Source of the DNA: Auanema rhodensis
Taxonomy: Eukaryota; Animalia; Nematoda
Direction: 5' to 3'
Length of the DNA stretch: 64,000 bases
Assembly (NCBI GenBank): GCA_964057225.1
Contig: CAXKVF010000005.1
Span: forward strand, 1-64,000
Below the pieces are notes generated by a model, which had not been told where the DNA came from, searched no databases, and worked only from the letters and a program-made list of their open reading frames with translations. The position numbers were made by a program, and so were the translations under genes. Each line of letters opens with the position of its first letter. The first letter of the stretch is position 1. This document shows positions 62,487 to 64,000 of this stretch, one piece after another.

Positions 62487-64000
62487 ATTATGAATAAACT
62501 GTTGTTGAAAACTTGCTCCTTCTTCGGTCATATTTACAAGCATGAATTAGCTCTAGAATCACCACAGTCTTCCACAGAAATCGAGAAACCTTCTCCTTCG
62601 TCGGTCATATCTATATGCATGAATTAGCTCTAGAATTACCACAGTCTTCCACAGAAATCGAGAAACCTTGCTCCTTCTTCGGTCATATCTATATGCATGA
62701 ATCAGCTCTAGAATTACCACAGTCTTCCACAGACATCGAAAAAAAAACATATCTGCTATAGTGACAAAGAAAGTTGGAAAATCACACAAAAACGACACAA
62801 TATAGAAAATTATCACATTTTTCAATGTAAACATGTAAAACTGCAGATATTACTAAAATTATTATAGAAAATTCTTCCAGCCACCTTACGATTGTGGAAT
62901 ATTTTCTGTTAATAATGTAGCAATCTCGAGAAATTCAGATATAGTTACCGCAGACTTTTCTGGAAATTTTTAATTTTTTCGGGTTTTAATTGAAAAGTTT
63001 TCGGCCCTTAACGTTTTCGGTAGACGTGCGGCTTCTGAAGCTGGCTTACAGCAATGCCCCGTAGATATTGAATCCTTTCTTTAATAGGAATTCAGTCATT
63101 ACTGATGTTAAAAAATTCGTGAGAAACAGACATCAAAGAGTTATCGCAGAATTTTCTGGAATTTTTTGTTTTTTTCGGGTTTTAATTGAAAAGTTTTCAT
63201 ATTCAGCTCTAAACCTTCTCGATGGACGTGCGGCTTCTGAAGCTCGCTTACAGCAATGCCACGTAGATATTGAATCATTTCTTTAATAGGAATTCAGTCA
63301 TTACTGATGTTCAATAAACCGTGAGAAACAGACATCAAAGACTTACCGCCGAATTTTCCGGAATTTTTTATTTTTTTCGGGTTTTAATTGAAAAGTTTTC
63401 ATTTTCCGCTCTAAATGTTCTCGGTAGACGTGCGGCTTCTGAAGCAGGCTTGTAACAAGGCCACGTAGATATTGAACCATTTCTCTAATAGGAATTCTGT
63501 CATTACTGATGTTCAATAAACCGTGAGAAACAGACATCAAAGACTTACCGCCGAATTTTCCGGAATTTTTCAAATTTTTCCAATTTTTTTAAAATCATCA
63601 GTTTTTTAGCTGAATATGTTTTTTGAAAGTAGTACGGCCCCTGAAGCCTTCTTGCAAAGTTTCATGCCTTTTGGAAAGAGAATAGAAGCATAAGAAATTT
63701 TTTAGTGCATGGAATGTTCTGGAATGTACCTAAAATTAAGTAAACAAGCTGTTTTTCTCACGGAAATCGTATATATATACCCCAGAAAATATGACTGCTT
63801 CAGTTTTTTTTCTCTTATTTTTTCCTATCTTACCATTACTGGGGTTTCTTTCGGGAAACGAACCAGTTTACCTGGTACTTAAAGATGGAAAAAATACATC
63901 TGGGGTTTCTTGCGGGAAACGAACCAGATGAAATTCTATTTTAGAAAAGCATCATTCAATCGGGAAACTTCCACCTGTATCGGTATTATTTAATGTTTTT

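Larger units (their letters stand above)
58326..64000 (+). mobile_element. 28S-inserted YR element, copy 2 (cut by window end)
   Basis: Same junction as copy 1 and the same ORF track at a constant offset of 19028. Confidence 0.9.

Overview
Tandem nuclear rDNA array of a rhabditid-type nematode. The 18S, 5.8S and 28S ends closely resemble the C. elegans ends as I recall them. All rRNA is on the minus strand, the unit is ~8,055 bp, and no 5S gene was seen. Three 28S copies are interrupted. (1) A 1,495-bp insert (22353-23847) lies in the R2/R4 target region. It has a complete HDV-like ribozyme at its 5' end and a 172-aa Myb-only ORF, which fits a non-autonomous, internally deleted R4/R2-type retroelement. 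(2) A 10,955-bp insert (39298-50252) has an apparently identical second copy from 58326 to the window end. It sits in the peptidyl-transferase region of 28S, bounded by an 18-bp direct repeat, with no terminal inverted repeats seen. Manual splicing reveals a ~22-exon gene, which the ORF track breaks up, encoding C2H2 zinc finger + tyrosine recombinase + SET domain. The insert also carries two paralogous small basic genes, a diverged copy of the host 5' ETS with 18S fragments, and at least 13 copies of a 16-bp palindrome. It looks like a 28S-specific, tyrosine-recombinase, cargo-carrying DNA element and is the main candidate novel system. Every IGS also holds six copies of the 18S 5' end, five of them inverted.
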